The translations under genes and the position numbers were made by a program. From Candidatus Bathyarchaeota archaeon (lineage in GTDB: Archaea > Thermoproteota > Bathyarchaeia > Bathyarchaeales > Bathyarchaeaceae), in the NCBI GenBank assembly GCA_963697165.1, contig CAVOMX010000014.1, positions 1-64,000 on the forward strand: DNA of 64,000 nucleotides, written 5' to 3'. The notes under the pieces are model-generated. The model saw only the letters and a program-made list of their open reading frames with translations, was not told where the DNA came from and did not search any database. Of the stretch, positions 23,584 through 36,126 are shown piece by piece; within the stretch, counting starts at the first letter, position 1, and the number at the start of each line of letters is the position of its first letter.

Positions 23584-23667
23584 TATTACTTTTTATCACT
23601 CCCCCTTAAATAACACAGGACAACCCAAAAAATACAGCGAATAAAAGAACCACTCTCTTGTATACAT

Positions 23668-23856
23668 TCAGAATTTCCTTTTACTCTTTAACATCCGAAG
23701 ATAGTTAGAAGCTTCTAGGGCAGTTTTTACATGAGCCACCATTTTTGCTTTACTTAAAGTTAGCCGAGCTGCACAGTGGGGGCATCTTCTGGTTTTCTGG
23801 GTATGATTAGCCAAAAGAAACTGTCCGCAACCGTAACAGACAATCACCACATACAT
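23668..23856 (-). CDS. DUF1922-like zinc ribbon
   Basis: CYGCG...QKTRRCPHC. Confidence 0.78.
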   Translation of the reverse strand: MYVVIVCYGCGQFLLANHTQKTRRCPHCAARLTLSKAKMVAHVKTALEASNYLRMLKSKRKF

Positions 23857-23926
23857 CTAATGCACATCCATTAGTAGGAAAAGCTTTTTCTTGGAACGCC
23901 TTAATTCTGTATTAGGATGCAGATAA

Positions 23927-24265
23927 ATGAGTCGACTTTCCTTAACAAATCTTGCCGCAAAATATTTTCGGCAAAACGGCTATCAAACCGAAAAAGACGC
24001 TATTCTGGAAGGCACATCAGGGCTTTCGCGCAAGTTTGACTTCATCATTCAAAGAGGAAAAGAAAAACGTTCAGTTTGGATTAAAGATTGGAACCGTACA
24101 GTCGGCGTCAACATGATCATAAACATCGACAACGCCGCAGAAGACGTGGGCTTCCCAAAACCAATAATAATTGCTGAAAAATTTAGCGGTCACGCCAAAG
24201 CATACGCCAACCGCCGCGCCATTACTCTATTGTCAAAACAGCAGATTCTAAGATTGCTCGGCTAA
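23927..24265 (+). CDS. Mrr-like restriction-endonuclease-fold protein
   Basis: YFRQNGY, GTSGLSRKFD, IKDWNRTVGV, KFSGHAKAYA. Confidence 0.78.
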   Translation: MSRLSLTNLAAKYFRQNGYQTEKDAILEGTSGLSRKFDFIIQRGKEKRSVWIKDWNRTVGVNMIINIDNAAEDVGFPKPIIIAEKFSGHAKAYANRRAITLLSKQQILRLLG

Positions 24266-24266
24266 A

Positions 24267-24860
24267 CTAGATTCTGTTCAAGAACTCTCCGAGTTGTCGT
24301 GTTTTCTCCAGTTTTCCTAACCAATCAACAGTTCCGACGCAGCAATCTTTCTTCTTCTCAAGAACCAGAACTATCTCCTCAACCACAGTCTCCACTGTCT
24401 TGCCGCTAACGTCAACCTCGCAGACTTTATCAGCTCCGCAGGCAGACAGGGCATCCCAGAGGCAAACATCCAAAATTTCCGCGGCTAGATTCTCCCAGAC
24501 CTTCTTTTCCGGATATTCACGCTTTTCTAGTACATTCTTGAGTTCGTTTGGGTCACGCCTGAGGACAAAAACTATATTCACTTGCTCTTTTGGAATAACA
24601 TCAACAGCGTAATGTCCCTCAATTATGATGCTGCCTTTTGAGGCCGCTAGGATTTCCTGTAGCTGTTTTGAAACTTTTTCTGTGTCTGCAATTAACGTTT
24701 TTCTTTCATTGTCTACGCTGGTTACCAGATTTTCTACCTTAACAAGTTCAGTTATGCCTATGTAACGGGCGTTCAGTTTAGAGGCTAGTCTGTTTGAAAC
24801 AGTTGTTTTTCCAACGCCAGGAGTGCCCGTTACCAGAATTACTGTTCCAATCTTTTTCGT
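24267..24860 (-). CDS. Adenylate kinase 6 / Fap7 family (frameshift)
   Basis: ILVTGTPGVGKTT at about 24810-24840, IIIEGHY, VFVLR, ENLAAEI. Confidence 0.88.
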   Translation of the reverse strand, partial: TKKIGTVILVTGTPGVGKTTVSNRLASKLNARYIGITELVKVENLVTSVDNERKTLIADTEKVSKQLQEILAASKGSIIIEGHYAVDVIPKEQVNIVFVLRRDPNELKNVLEKREYPEKKVWENLAAEILDVCLWDALSACGADKVCEVDVSGKTVETVVEEIVLVLEKKKDCCVGTVDWLGKLEKTRQLGEFLNRI

Positions 24861-25022
24861 TCTCCTTTTTTATTGGATAAAGTAAAATGGTCTCAACCGT
24901 TATTACAAACTTTGTGGTGCCACTGCATATTTTTGTTTGGGCAGGTAGCTAAAAGGGTTTTAAAAGTTTTAAGTTATTGTTATAAACCGTTCCTGCAATA
25001 GGTTAATTGATGATGGATTTCA

Positions 25023-25655
25023 ATGTTGAACTTGTTAAAGATTATTGATAGAGTTACGTGCAAGATTGCACCTGGACCTGCTCCATCATTTAATGAGGCT
25101 CATGTAGTTAAAGTGCTAGAATTAATTGGTGACTACGGAAGTATTGGTAGAATACGGCTTTCTAAAGAGCTGGGCTTGGGAGAAGGCGCAACAAGGACAC
25201 TTCTAAAACACCTGAAAAATGAGGAAATAACTCAAAGTTCGCGAATAGGAATTTCGTTGTCTGAAGAAGGAAAGAAACTGTTTTCTAATCTACGAAGTAA
25301 AATCAGCGCATGCAAGGAGGTTCCCCGTAGCCCTCTGACAATCGGCAAATGTAACATTGCAGTTCTTGTCAGAGACTCAGCTGAAACAGTAGGAAGCGGC
25401 ATGGAACAACGGGACATAGCGATTAAGAGCGGAGCAACAGGAGCAACAACTCTAGTTTTTTCAAGCAACAAGCTTTCATTACCTACAGCCGAGAAAAATA
25501 TTTCCGAAAGCATGCCAGAGCTGTACGACAAACTAGTGTCACAGTTTAAGCCAAAAGAAAACGATGTCATTATAGTAGGATCCGGAGAAAACAGAGAACT
25601 CGCAGAAATCGGAGCAAAAATGGCAGCCATCAAACTCCTAAAAAACAATAACTAG
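25023..25655 (+). CDS. HTH + DUF4443-like protein
   Basis: IGRIRLSKELGLGEGATRTL, GMEQRDIAIKSGATGATT. Confidence 0.8.
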   Translation: MLNLLKIIDRVTCKIAPGPAPSFNEAHVVKVLELIGDYGSIGRIRLSKELGLGEGATRTLLKHLKNEEITQSSRIGISLSEEGKKLFSNLRSKISACKEVPRSPLTIGKCNIAVLVRDSAETVGSGMEQRDIAIKSGATGATTLVFSSNKLSLPTAEKNISESMPELYDKLVSQFKPKENDVIIVGSGENRELAEIGAKMAAIKLLKNNN

Positions 25656-25721
25656 CTAGTTTCCCAGAAATAAACCAAAAGAGAGCTTCTTGTTGTCTCT
25701 TAATTTTTCAGAAAAAATCTA

Positions 25722-25759
25722 ATTTTCAACAATGAAGTAATATTAGTCTCCTAATATGA
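25722..25759 (+). repeat. Dispersed 38-bp intergenic element, copy C
   Basis: ATTTTCAACAATGAAGTAATATTAGTCTCCTAATATGA. Confidence 0.88.
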
Positions 25760-25902
25760 ACAGGAATTCTATTGATTATTTGGTTTCGACCAAATTTTGG
25801 GCTTTCCATACCATAATATATATTAACTAAAAAAGAAGACAATCAAAAAGTTCACAAAAAATCCTAGTAATTAGAATACTCAAAAACCAGATTTAAGATT
25901 TT

Positions 25903-25937
25903 AAGTGGGCTTTGGCGCTTTTTCCAGTTCCAGTCGG
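25903..25937 (-). other. 3' arm of 16S processing stem
   Basis: Inverted repeat of 27481-27517 with a central bulged region. Confidence 0.9.
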
Positions 25938-25950
25938 AATTGGCTGACAT

Positions 25951-27446
<1,496 letters not shown>

Positions 27447-27480
27447 TAAATTTTTATTTTGGAGTATTTTTGCCACAAAA

Positions 27481-27517
27481 CCGACTGGAATTGCGGATAA
27501 AGCGCCAAAGCCCACTT
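27481..27517 (-). other. 5' arm of 16S processing stem
   Basis: CCGACTGGAA...AAAGCGCCAAAGCCCACTT on the plus strand pairs with 25903-25937. Confidence 0.9.
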
Positions 27518-27697
27518 CGGATCTGATCTAAATCAGGTCCTCATCTTTTGTCGCCGTAACCGGAGTCGAACCCATCATTCAGGGGCGTTGAACGCCTTTA
27601 TCGTCTGGGTTGAAGCCGCCTAAGGTCACGGCTATTGCAGTCACTTCGCTGAGAAAGTATCTCAGGCGATCGTGCATCTTACCATGTTTTACCCCAA

Positions 27698-27716
27698 CCT
27701 AATTAAGCTTTCTGAA
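27698..27716 (-). promoter_or_regulatory. Likely rRNA promoter (BRE+TATA)
   Basis: Minus strand CAGAAAGC-TTAATTA directly upstream of the GC-rich structured leader. Confidence 0.55.
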
Positions 27717-27855
27717 TGCTTGAAAATGGGTGCTGATTGTTTGTTTTGTTCAAATGTGGCCTATGTTTGGGGGTTTCGGTGTTTTGTGTTGAATAGATGG
27801 AGCGAGAATGTTTATGGTTGATACGGATTTGTAGGTCATAAAGTATAATCGTGAA

Positions 27856-28101
27856 GTGGCTTTTTTGTTTATTGTGCAGGTGAGTGTGTTGAATGAGATT
27901 TTTTTGGCTTGCAAGGATTTGATTGCTGACGCTAAGATTGGCTGTGCCGACTTGGTTTTTAAGGATGTTTGTTTGGATATTCTTGCAAAGGCAAGGCTGG
28001 TTCTATCTGCTGAACAGTTTGAAGAGCTAACGGTCTTTGTGAGCGAAAATCTGAAAGAAGAGAAGATTTCTTTTTCGGGAAGACGCATTAGAGTACAGTA
28101 A
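27856..28101 (+). CDS. Small helical hypothetical protein (start probably about 27885)
   Basis: GGTGA Shine-Dalgarno before VLNEIFLACKDLI; protein-like composition. Confidence 0.6.
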   Translation: MAFLFIVQVSVLNEIFLACKDLIADAKIGCADLVFKDVCLDILAKARLVLSAEQFEELTVFVSENLKEEKISFSGRRIRVQ

Positions 28102-28223
28102 CTGTGCTCATTTTTCGTGTTTTGTTGTGGCTGTCTTGCGTTTTTGCTATTTTTAGTTATTGTGTGTCCTGTCAAAAAAGCTAAGTTTTGGCAGAGTGAT
28201 TATGCTAATGGGATGGATTTATC

Positions 28224-29426
28224 TTGGCTTCGTTAGATTATGAGATTGATTTTCTTTCACGGTTGGTTGCAATAAACACTGAGTCAGTTCCGAAGAAGGG
28301 CTACAGGGAATGTGCTTCTTTGATTGTGGATGAGGCAGAAAGGAACTCGCTAGATTGTATTATAGTGGATGGGGAGAAGGGCGCCAAGGATGGTCTATCT
28401 CGTCCAAACGTTATTGTGACTCTTGATTCGGGGTCTGATACTAATTTGCTTCTTGAATCCCACTTTGATGTTGTTCCTCCGGGAACGGGATGGAAGTATC
28501 CTCCCTTCAAGCTAACTGTTGAGGGCGGGAAAGCGTATGGACGAGGCACTGCAGACAATAAAGCAGGAATCGCGGCGGTTATGGGTGCCCTTCGTCAGTT
28601 GAGTAAAGAAAAGTTGGATGTTAATCTAAAGCTTGTAGCTGGGGTTGATGAGGAGATCGGGGGAAAATATGGCGTCGATTATGTTATGAACGACTTTGGG
28701 TTAAAGGGAGAGGCAGCATTGATAGTTGATGCTGGTCCAGAGGGTCTGTTTTTGGGTGCAAGCGGAATTATCTGGGGAAAACTGTTGGTTACTGGAAAAC
28801 AGGGACATGCAGGGTATCCATTCAAAGCCAAGAACGCCATTGAGGAAGCCATTAGACTGCTTACCGAATTTGAGAATTACAGAAAACTTGTTGAGAAAAA
28901 GGAGTCAATTTTGCGTGCTCCTCCGGGGTCTCCTAGAGATTTTGTTTGGGGGAGATATTCAGTAACGATGATTCGGGCGGGAGAAAAAGAGAACGTGATA
29001 CCGGGCACGTGCGAAGTTCGGTTTGACCGTAGGCTGTTACCTGAAGAACCCCTTTTGCAGGCTGAGAAAGAATTAATGGATTTCTTCCAGAAGGCGCTAG
29101 AAAGGACTGGTTGTGAAGCGTCCTTGGAGCTTGTGAACCGCCAGCAGGGCTATTGCACAGCTGAGGATTCGGTTTTTGTGCAGACAGTTTCTGAATCTAT
29201 AAGGAAGACTACAGGTCAAAGTTTGACTTTTGCTGCGGAGCTTGGGGGAAACGATGGAAGCTTTTTTGCCAAAAATGGGATACCAGTGGTCTGTCATGGA
29301 ACAATTAGAGCCGATACCCATTATCATGGAGTGGATGAGTTTGTTTACCTACAAGACATTAAGAACACAAGAGATCTAATAATTAATTTGGGAAAAGTTT
29401 CCAGAGAAGAAATTGCACAAAAATGA
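28224..29426 (+). CDS. M20 ArgE/DapE family amidohydrolase
   Basis: SHFDVVP, YGRGTADNK, DEEIGG, GHAG, GGND, HGVDE. Confidence 0.92.
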   Translation: MASLDYEIDFLSRLVAINTESVPKKGYRECASLIVDEAERNSLDCIIVDGEKGAKDGLSRPNVIVTLDSGSDTNLLLESHFDVVPPGTGWKYPPFKLTVEGGKAYGRGTADNKAGIAAVMGALRQLSKEKLDVNLKLVAGVDEEIGGKYGVDYVMNDFGLKGEAALIVDAGPEGLFLGASGIIWGKLLVTGKQGHAGYPFKAKNAIEEAIRLLTEFENYRKLVEKKESILRAPPGSPRDFVWGRYSVTMIRAGEKENVIPGTCEVRFDRRLLPEEPLLQAEKELMDFFQKALERTGCEASLELVNRQQGYCTAEDSVFVQTVSESIRKTTGQSLTFAAELGGNDGSFFAKNGIPVVCHGTIRADTHYHGVDEFVYLQDIKNTRDLIINLGKVSREEIAQK

Positions 29427-29526
29427 TTAAGAGCAATTTTATGTTTTGCCCATAACAGAACCTGCATGCTGTTTGTGCCGTTTTTAAACGTAAGATATAA
29501 AAAATGGTCAACAGATAACGTGTGCA

Positions 29527-29865
29527 TTGGAATGCTGCACATGTGGGTCTTTTATGGTTGAGATACATAAAGTCAAAATAACCATCTTGAGACGTTTCCA
29601 TCCTGCTGAGGTTTTCGAAAAGAGCCCTGTGACGTCAGAGACATCTTTTGGGGCATGTGAACTCTTTAAGGAAGGTCAGGAGTTCATTGCCAAAAACATG
29701 AGTATGCCCAAAGGCTTCTGTAATACCGCGTGGCTATCAATCTACAGCAATGTGCGACTGCTAAGTCTTGGTTTTAACCTCCCATGGTTTAAAGAAAAGG
29801 GAGTCGCCGTCAATTCTTGCATCGATGGACTTAGACCTGTAATATTCAAACTAGAACGCATCTAA
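29527..29865 (+). CDS. TIGR04076-like protein (start probably 29555)
   Basis: CELFKEGQEF, PKGFCNTAW, CIDGLRPVIFKLERI. Confidence 0.85.
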   Translation: MECCTCGSFMVEIHKVKITILRRFHPAEVFEKSPVTSETSFGACELFKEGQEFIAKNMSMPKGFCNTAWLSIYSNVRLLSLGFNLPWFKEKGVAVNSCIDGLRPVIFKLERI

Positions 29866-30111
29866 CCCACACTGCATCAAACGATGGGCTGTTGGTTGGG
29901 TTAAAAGTTAGTCCCAAAACACAAAACCCAAACATTCACATTTACTGTTACATTCTCTCCTACTCAATTACGTAGAAAACTCACGCACTCGAACGTGGAT
30001 ATATGTTGGGTGGAACCGCCTTAACGTGCTTAAACCACTGGATAACACGAAGCGATATAGCTTTAAAAGCCAGTATACTCCTATAAAGACAGATTATAAC
30101 GGTGAAAACTT

Positions 30112-30381
30112 TTGTCTCAGCCAATTTATGGAACAATAGTAAATTATAGAATAGGTATCAAAACGCAAAATACGAAAGAGTGCCTAATTCAATTTGCACA
30201 CATAAATTCCGCCTCTCTAGTAGGCCAACTTATTCAGAGAAAAGTAGTTTGGAAGCAGGGAAACTGCAAGCTCATAGGGAAGATTTCAGGGACCCATGGT
30301 AAGAACGGCGTAGTTAAGGTCAAGTTCCAGAAAGGCGTGCCAGGTCAGGCTTTAGGAACAACTGTTGAATTAGTCGACTAA
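30112..30381 (+). CDS. rpl35ae: 50S ribosomal protein L35Ae
   Basis: NYRIG..TQ, GKISGTHGKNGVV, PGQALG. Confidence 0.92.
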   Translation: MSQPIYGTIVNYRIGIKTQNTKECLIQFAHINSASLVGQLIQRKVVWKQGNCKLIGKISGTHGKNGVVKVKFQKGVPGQALGTTVELVD

Positions 30382-30411
30382 TTAGAGCACAAAGCGTGTG
30401 CTTTTTTAGTT

Positions 30412-30978
30412 TCATTGCTCTTTTTTCTGTTTTGAGAACCCGTAGGTTCCCAGTTTTTTGTGTAGGCTCCAGTATTCGCCTTGGTTATAGGTGAACGGAT
30501 CTGCTTTTGTGAAATCGATGTTTCCTTTTTCGTCTAGAATGTCTTGGTCGATGTGGACTTGGACAATTTCTCCAATGAACAGGTCGTGGGCGCCTAATGG
30601 AACTTTATTCTTCAGGATGCATTCCATGTTTACGGGGCATTCGCGTATTAGTGGAGACTTGACTTTGTCTGCCTGTTCTTGGGTTAGTTTGGTTTCGGAG
30701 AACTTGTCTATGTCTTTTCCTGAGGTTACTCCACAGTAATCTGTTTCTTTTAGGATTTTGGCTGTTGGAATGTTGACAACGAATTCTTTGCAGCTTTCAA
30801 TCAAGCTGTGAGAATATCGTGATGGCCTGATACCCAACCCAATCATGGGTGGTTCAGAGCATACGGTGCCAGCCCAGGCCAAAGTGATTATGTTAGGCTC
30901 TCCCTTGGAATCTACACAGGTTACGAGAACAACCGGACACGGAAACAACGCAGTAAAAGGCTTCTTCTTGATTTTCAT
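30412..30978 (-). CDS. Flavin reductase/flavoredoxin family
   Basis: PCPVVLVT, NIITLAW, EFVVN, CGVTSG, ECPVNMEC. Confidence 0.92.
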   Translation of the reverse strand: MKIKKKPFTALFPCPVVLVTCVDSKGEPNIITLAWAGTVCSEPPMIGLGIRPSRYSHSLIESCKEFVVNIPTAKILKETDYCGVTSGKDIDKFSETKLTQEQADKVKSPLIRECPVNMECILKNKVPLGAHDLFIGEIVQVHIDQDILDEKGNIDFTKADPFTYNQGEYWSLHKKLGTYGFSKQKKEQ

Positions 30979-31258
30979 AAACTAACTTTTGATAAGAACA
31001 AATATTAATATTTTCTAAGAATGAAAAAACACCTAACAATGGGAAATGTAGATTTTTGATGCTAAAATTTAATGCATGTACAACTGTTCGAATTTGTAGA
31101 GAAATCAGTATTTTGTGTCCGTTTAATCGACGAAAATAGCCCCAAAAAGGGAAAACATCGACTTTTTGCCCATGGTTTTTTTGTTATTTATTGTTTAATT
31201 AGAGTTTTATATCTGACCGTCACATTCTTTCTGGGGCAGATCTTCTGCCTGAGGAGAG

Positions 31259-31840
31259 TTGGAATTGTCATCTGACCCTGCAAAAGCCATTAAAGACGCT
31301 GATTTCGTCTTCGAAAACACGGTTGTTAAGATAGTGGCAAACAGGAACAGCCCCGAAATTGATCTTCCAGGCACAAAAGTTGGACCCTTCAAAGAAGGAA
31401 AAGAATACGAAGTTAGATATTGGATAGCAACGGAGCTAAAAAAGGCGGGAATAGTCCACATCCGTATAGAAGAACCCCTCGATTTGATGATTCTTAACAA
31501 GATTCACTGGAAAGAACGTGTTCAGGCTTCCCAAAGGGTAACGTCTCTTCCAGAGGATTTTTACCCGAAACTTCGACGTTATCTTGAAGAGCTAAATGAG
31601 GAAGCCATCAAGAAACCGGAAAAAAGGAGCGATTCTGAAAAGGCAAAGAATCTTGCTGTGGACATAATTCGGATGAGACTAAAAAAGATAGTTTCTTTGG
31701 CTTCATCAGGAAGTGACCGAACAAGCCAAATCCGCCATGGTCTAACAAAAGAAGAAGAATATGTTCATAATTGTTTACACAAGATTATTAGCAAATGGCA
31801 AAATGAAATTTTGAAAACACAAGAAGGAGACGAAACATGA
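31259..31840 (+). CDS. GINS complex subunit (Gins23-like)
   Basis: VGPFKEG..YEV..WIA (B domain) then LPEDFY...RLKKIV; overlaps mcm. Confidence 0.8.
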   Translation: MELSSDPAKAIKDADFVFENTVVKIVANRNSPEIDLPGTKVGPFKEGKEYEVRYWIATELKKAGIVHIRIEEPLDLMILNKIHWKERVQASQRVTSLPEDFYPKLRRYLEELNEEAIKKPEKRSDSEKAKNLAVDIIRMRLKKIVSLASSGSDRTSQIRHGLTKEEEYVHNCLHKIISKWQNEILKTQEGDET

Positions 31841-33873
31841 CTGAGGAAACGTTGACAGCAGACCCAGAGTCTCTTTTTCTAGATTTCTTCAAACTAGACA
31901 AATACCGTGAACGGCTCTCCGTCATGGCAGTTTCCGGAAAAAAATCTTTTACGGTAGATTTTGATGAACTCTTGTCATCCGAACCTAAACTCGCCCAGCA
32001 ACTCATGGAAAAACCCGACGATTACCTAGAATATGCAAACCGAGCAGCCAAGGCTCAACTGCAGATAGAAGAACCCGAATACGCCGAAGAAATTGGAAAT
32101 GTCACAGTCCGATTTTGTGGATTACCCGAAGCCACACCTCTACGAATTCTGGGTTCCAAACACATAGGAAAATTTGTGATGCTTGAGGGCATCGTTGTAC
32201 GCGCCAGCCCCGCCAGACCAATGGTTATGGAAGGAGCCTTCAAATGCAAATGGTGTGGCGCAATGTCCCATGTTACCCAATCGGGTCCTTTTCTAACAGC
32301 TCCCCTTGCATGCAGCGCACCAGAATGCAGAAGAAAAAGCTCCTTTGACTTTATTCAGGAAGAATCCACATTCATTGATACACAAGATGTCCGCATCCAA
32401 GAACGACCAGAAGACCTTCCTCCAGGCCAGCTTCCAAGATGGCTAGACATTAAGTTACTTGAAAGAGACCTCGTTGATGCGGCGCGACCCGGAGACCATA
32501 TTGCTGTAGTAGGAGTCACCCGAGCAGTTGCCCCAACACTCCCGAAGGTTGGACGACTCAGATCATTCACATTACATTTAGATACAAACTATATCGACGT
32601 GGAGAGCAAAGAGCCAGAAAAAGTCCTCATTACACCAGAAGAAGAGAAAAAGATTCGTGAACTGGCAAGAGACCCAGAGATCCATAGTAAGATCATTCAT
32701 TCTTTAGCGCCTTCCGTGTACGGCTACGAACACATCAAAGAAGCAATAATGTATCTTCTCTTTGGAGGAGCTGCAAAACACTTCCCGGACATCATAATCC
32801 GTGGAGACCTGAACGTTCTGATGGTGGGAGACCCAGGAACAGCCAAGTCCCAGCTCCTGCAGTACGTCGCCAAGATTGCTCCTCGAGGACTATACACTTC
32901 TGGTCGTGGAACTACTGCCGCGGGATTGACCGCCGCGGTGCTTCGTGACAAAACAGGCGGAATGACCCTTGAAGCCGGAGCCTTGGTTTTGGCTGATAAG
33001 GGTGTAGCAGCCATAGATGAGATGGATAAGATGCGAACAGAGGACCGAGTAGCCATTCACGAAGTCATGGAACAGCATACAGTTTCAATAGCTAAAGGCG
33101 GTATCGTTGCGACATTAAACGCCAGAACATCCATCCTAGCCGCGGCTAACCCAACATTGGGTAGATACGACCCATACCGGACAGTTGGAGAAAACATTTC
33201 GCTTCCAGTCACGATCCTTTCAAGGTTCGACCTTATCTTCATTTTGAGGGATGTGCCAGAAGCTACTAAAGACGCGCAGATGACCGAGCACATCCTCAAC
33301 CTCCACAGAACAGGAGTATCTCCTACTGAAGCGCCCATAGAAGCTGAACTCTTCCGAAAATATGTCAGCTACGCCAAAAACGTAAAGCCAACACTTACAC
33401 AGGAGGCTCTGGATGGCCTAAAAGAATTCTATCTGCTTATGAGGGCAGCCAGCGAAACCGAGGGCACGCCCGTAGCTATCACTGCGCGGCAGCTGGAGTC
33501 TTTGGTTCGTATTGCTGAGGCTAGGGCTCGTGTAGCCCTCAGAGACAAGGTTACGTTTGAGGACGCTGAGCGAGCCATCGATATTATGAAGATTTCTCTT
33601 GAGCAGGTTGGAATTGATATTTCCTCTCACAAGTTTGATATTGACATAATAATGACGGGAAAGCCAAAGAGCCTACGTGATAAGCTTTCAATAATTCTGG
33701 GACTCATTACAACCATGGAGAAGGAAACGGGAATGGTGGACAAGGAGCGACTGCTGGAGAGGCTTCAAACCGAATATGACATACAGTCTGGAGATGCAGA
33801 ACGGTTTATTGGGCAGATGTTAAAAGAAGGAACCCTCTTTGCACCACGGGATGGTTTCCTCAAGAAGACTTGA
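31837..33873 (+). CDS. mcm: MCM replicative helicase (no intein)
   Basis: C4 zinc finger, GDPGTAKS, IDEMDKM, AAANP, SRFD. Confidence 0.97.
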   Translation: MTEETLTADPESLFLDFFKLDKYRERLSVMAVSGKKSFTVDFDELLSSEPKLAQQLMEKPDDYLEYANRAAKAQLQIEEPEYAEEIGNVTVRFCGLPEATPLRILGSKHIGKFVMLEGIVVRASPARPMVMEGAFKCKWCGAMSHVTQSGPFLTAPLACSAPECRRKSSFDFIQEESTFIDTQDVRIQERPEDLPPGQLPRWLDIKLLERDLVDAARPGDHIAVVGVTRAVAPTLPKVGRLRSFTLHLDTNYIDVESKEPEKVLITPEEEKKIRELARDPEIHSKIIHSLAPSVYGYEHIKEAIMYLLFGGAAKHFPDIIIRGDLNVLMVGDPGTAKSQLLQYVAKIAPRGLYTSGRGTTAAGLTAAVLRDKTGGMTLEAGALVLADKGVAAIDEMDKMRTEDRVAIHEVMEQHTVSIAKGGIVATLNARTSILAAANPTLGRYDPYRTVGENISLPVTILSRFDLIFILRDVPEATKDAQMTEHILNLHRTGVSPTEAPIEAELFRKYVSYAKNVKPTLTQEALDGLKEFYLLMRAASETEGTPVAITARQLESLVRIAEARARVALRDKVTFEDAERAIDIMKISLEQVGIDISSHKFDIDIIMTGKPKSLRDKLSIILGLITTMEKETGMVDKERLLERLQTEYDIQSGDAERFIGQMLKEGTLFAPRDGFLKKT

Positions 33874-33890
33874 CATAAAGGGCAATCACA

Positions 33891-36126
33891 TTGAAGATCG
33901 AAGAACTGCCGCTGCATGAATCCGCAAAAAAGGTTCTAACCAGTTTAGGTATCACTGAATTGTATCCGCCTCAACAGGAAGCTGTATTAGCTGGCGCCTT
34001 GGAGGGAAAGAACCTTGTTTTGGCGAGTCCCACAGCCTCAGGCAAAACCTTGGTTGCTGAACTGTGCGCTCTCAAGCATGTTCTAGAACGGGACGGCAAA
34101 GTCCTGTATCTTTCTCCTTTGCGGGCTTTAGCCAGTGAAAAGTTTGAAGAATTCCAGAAATACACGAATATTCGCAAGGCAAACGGAAGGCGGGTCAGCG
34201 TGGGAGTCAGCACAGGAGACTACGACAGCAGCGACCCATGGATGGGGAAACATGACATTATAATCACCACAAACGAAAAAGCGGATTCTCTGCTGAGACA
34301 CCGTGCCCGTTGGGTAAACGATGTTTCTCTGGTGGTTGCCGATGAGGTGCATCTTCTCAACGACGCTGACCGTGGACCAACCCTCGAAGTGGTGCTAGCT
34401 CGTCTCATGCAAGTGAATCCTGACATCCAGCTTGTAGTCTTAAGTGCGACAATAAAGAATGTGCAAGAAGTGGCAGAGTGGCTCAAGGCAATCTCAGTTA
34501 CAACAGAATGGCGACCTGTGACGCTCAGGGAAGGCGTAATCCTCCATGACGAGGTCCACTTTAAGGACGGCGGCGCACTCAAAATAGAAAACATCACTAA
34601 AGACCCCACCCTCAACTTAGCCATTTACACAGTAAAATCTGGAAGCCAAGCATTAGCCTTCGCTGGAACCAGAAGAAACTCCATAAGTCTAGCCAAAAAG
34701 ATTGCAACAAAAATCAAGCCTCTCCTATCCAAACCCATGAAACGTTCTCTGAAGCAGTTGTCTGAGCAGATTCTCACAGCAGGAGAGAGAACCAGACTCG
34801 GCGAGCAGTTAGCCGAGGTTGTTAGCGACGGAGCAGCATTTCATCATGCGGGATTAAGCAGTGGTCACAGAAAAATAATCGAGGACTCTTTTAGGGAAGG
34901 AAAAATCAAGGTTCTAACAGCCACTCCAACATTAGCGTTTGGAATGAATCTTCCAGCAAGAATAGTTATCATCAACGAGTATCGACGATACGAGTCTGGC
35001 TACGGCTATTATCCCATTCCTGTTCTTGAGTATAAACAGATGGCTGGACGTGCCGGAAGACCCCGATATGACAAGTTTGGAGACTCCATCCTGATAGCCA
35101 AGACCGAGGATGAACGCGAGTATCTCATGGAAAGCTATGTTCTAGCTGAAACTGAGAAGATATGGTCTAAACTTGCGGTGGAAAGAATCTTGCGTTCTCA
35201 TGTTTTGGCTACGGTTGCTTCGGATTTTGCTCACACCGAGCAGGGAATCTACGAGTTCTTTGGCAAAACATTCTATGCTTATCAGTATGATTCTCGGGCG
35301 ATAAAGGGGGTTATACAGAAAAGTTTGGGTTTTCTTTTCACCGAGAAGATGATTGAGGTTAGTGGTGACAAGATTTACGCCACCAAGTTTGGACGAAGAG
35401 TCTCCGAACTATATCTGGACCCCCTCACAGGAGTTACAATTAGGGATGCTCTTACTAATCGTGCGCAGCATCTCACGGACGTCAGTTTTCTGCATATGAT
35501 TGCCCGCACGCCAGACATGTTTCCTAAGCTTCGCCCTTACTCGAACGAGATGGACGGTACTCCAGTTCTTTATTGAGGACCATAAGGACGAGTTCATGTT
35601 TGATCTTCCAGACCCATGGATGGACAGGCTGGCTTTCGAGAATTTTCTTGGGGAAACTAAACTGTCTTGGGTACTCAGGTCTTGGATGGATGAAACAAGC
35701 GAGGATGAGATGATTGAAAAGTTTAAGGTTCAGCCAGGAGACCTTTATCGACTCATCTCAACCGCTAAGTGGCTTATTCACGCATCTCATGAGTTGGCTT
35801 CGCTCTTCAATCACAAGGATTTGTTAGCTGATTTAGCTAAATTGACAGTGAGGATTGAGAAAGGAGTTAAGCCTGAGCTACTTCCGTTGGTTACGTTGAA
35901 GGGTATTGGAAGAATCAGAGCCCGCATACTATTTAATTCTGGTTTCAGAACTGTTGATGACCTCAAGAGAGCCCCATTGCCAAAATTAACTGGACTTCAA
36001 TTGATTGGTCCTAAATTGGCTAAGAAGATTAAGGAGCAGATTGGTGGCTACGTTAAGGCGGACGAGTGGCAGAATCTAAAAAATAAAAAAGAGACGGAGA
36101 AACAGCGAGCTCTAACGGAATTCTAG
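33891..36126 (+). CDS. hel308: Hel308/Hjm Ski2-like helicase (frameshift about 35560)
   Basis: PTASGKT, DEVH, LSAT, HHAGL, QMAGRAGR, GRIRAR. Confidence 0.93.

Noticed and set aside
5400..24900. Mass pseudogenisation or programmed frameshifting
   Set aside because: Breaks hit essential genes such as EF-2, often at homopolymers, and cluster by region. This fits sequencing consensus error better.
27550..27580. tRNA-like T-loop GGTTCGACTCC on the minus strand
   Set aside because: No D or anticodon arms and a poor T stem. It is part of the 16S leader structure.
29859..29913. attC-like site (ATCTAAC overlapping a stop ... GTTAGTC)
   Set aside because: L boxes pair poorly, R' deviates from GTTRRRY, it is a single copy, and no IntI is seen. 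A plain hairpin is more likely.
31837..36126. Inteins in MCM or Hel308; intron in 16S
   Set aside because: Lengths are standard and the motifs are contiguous.
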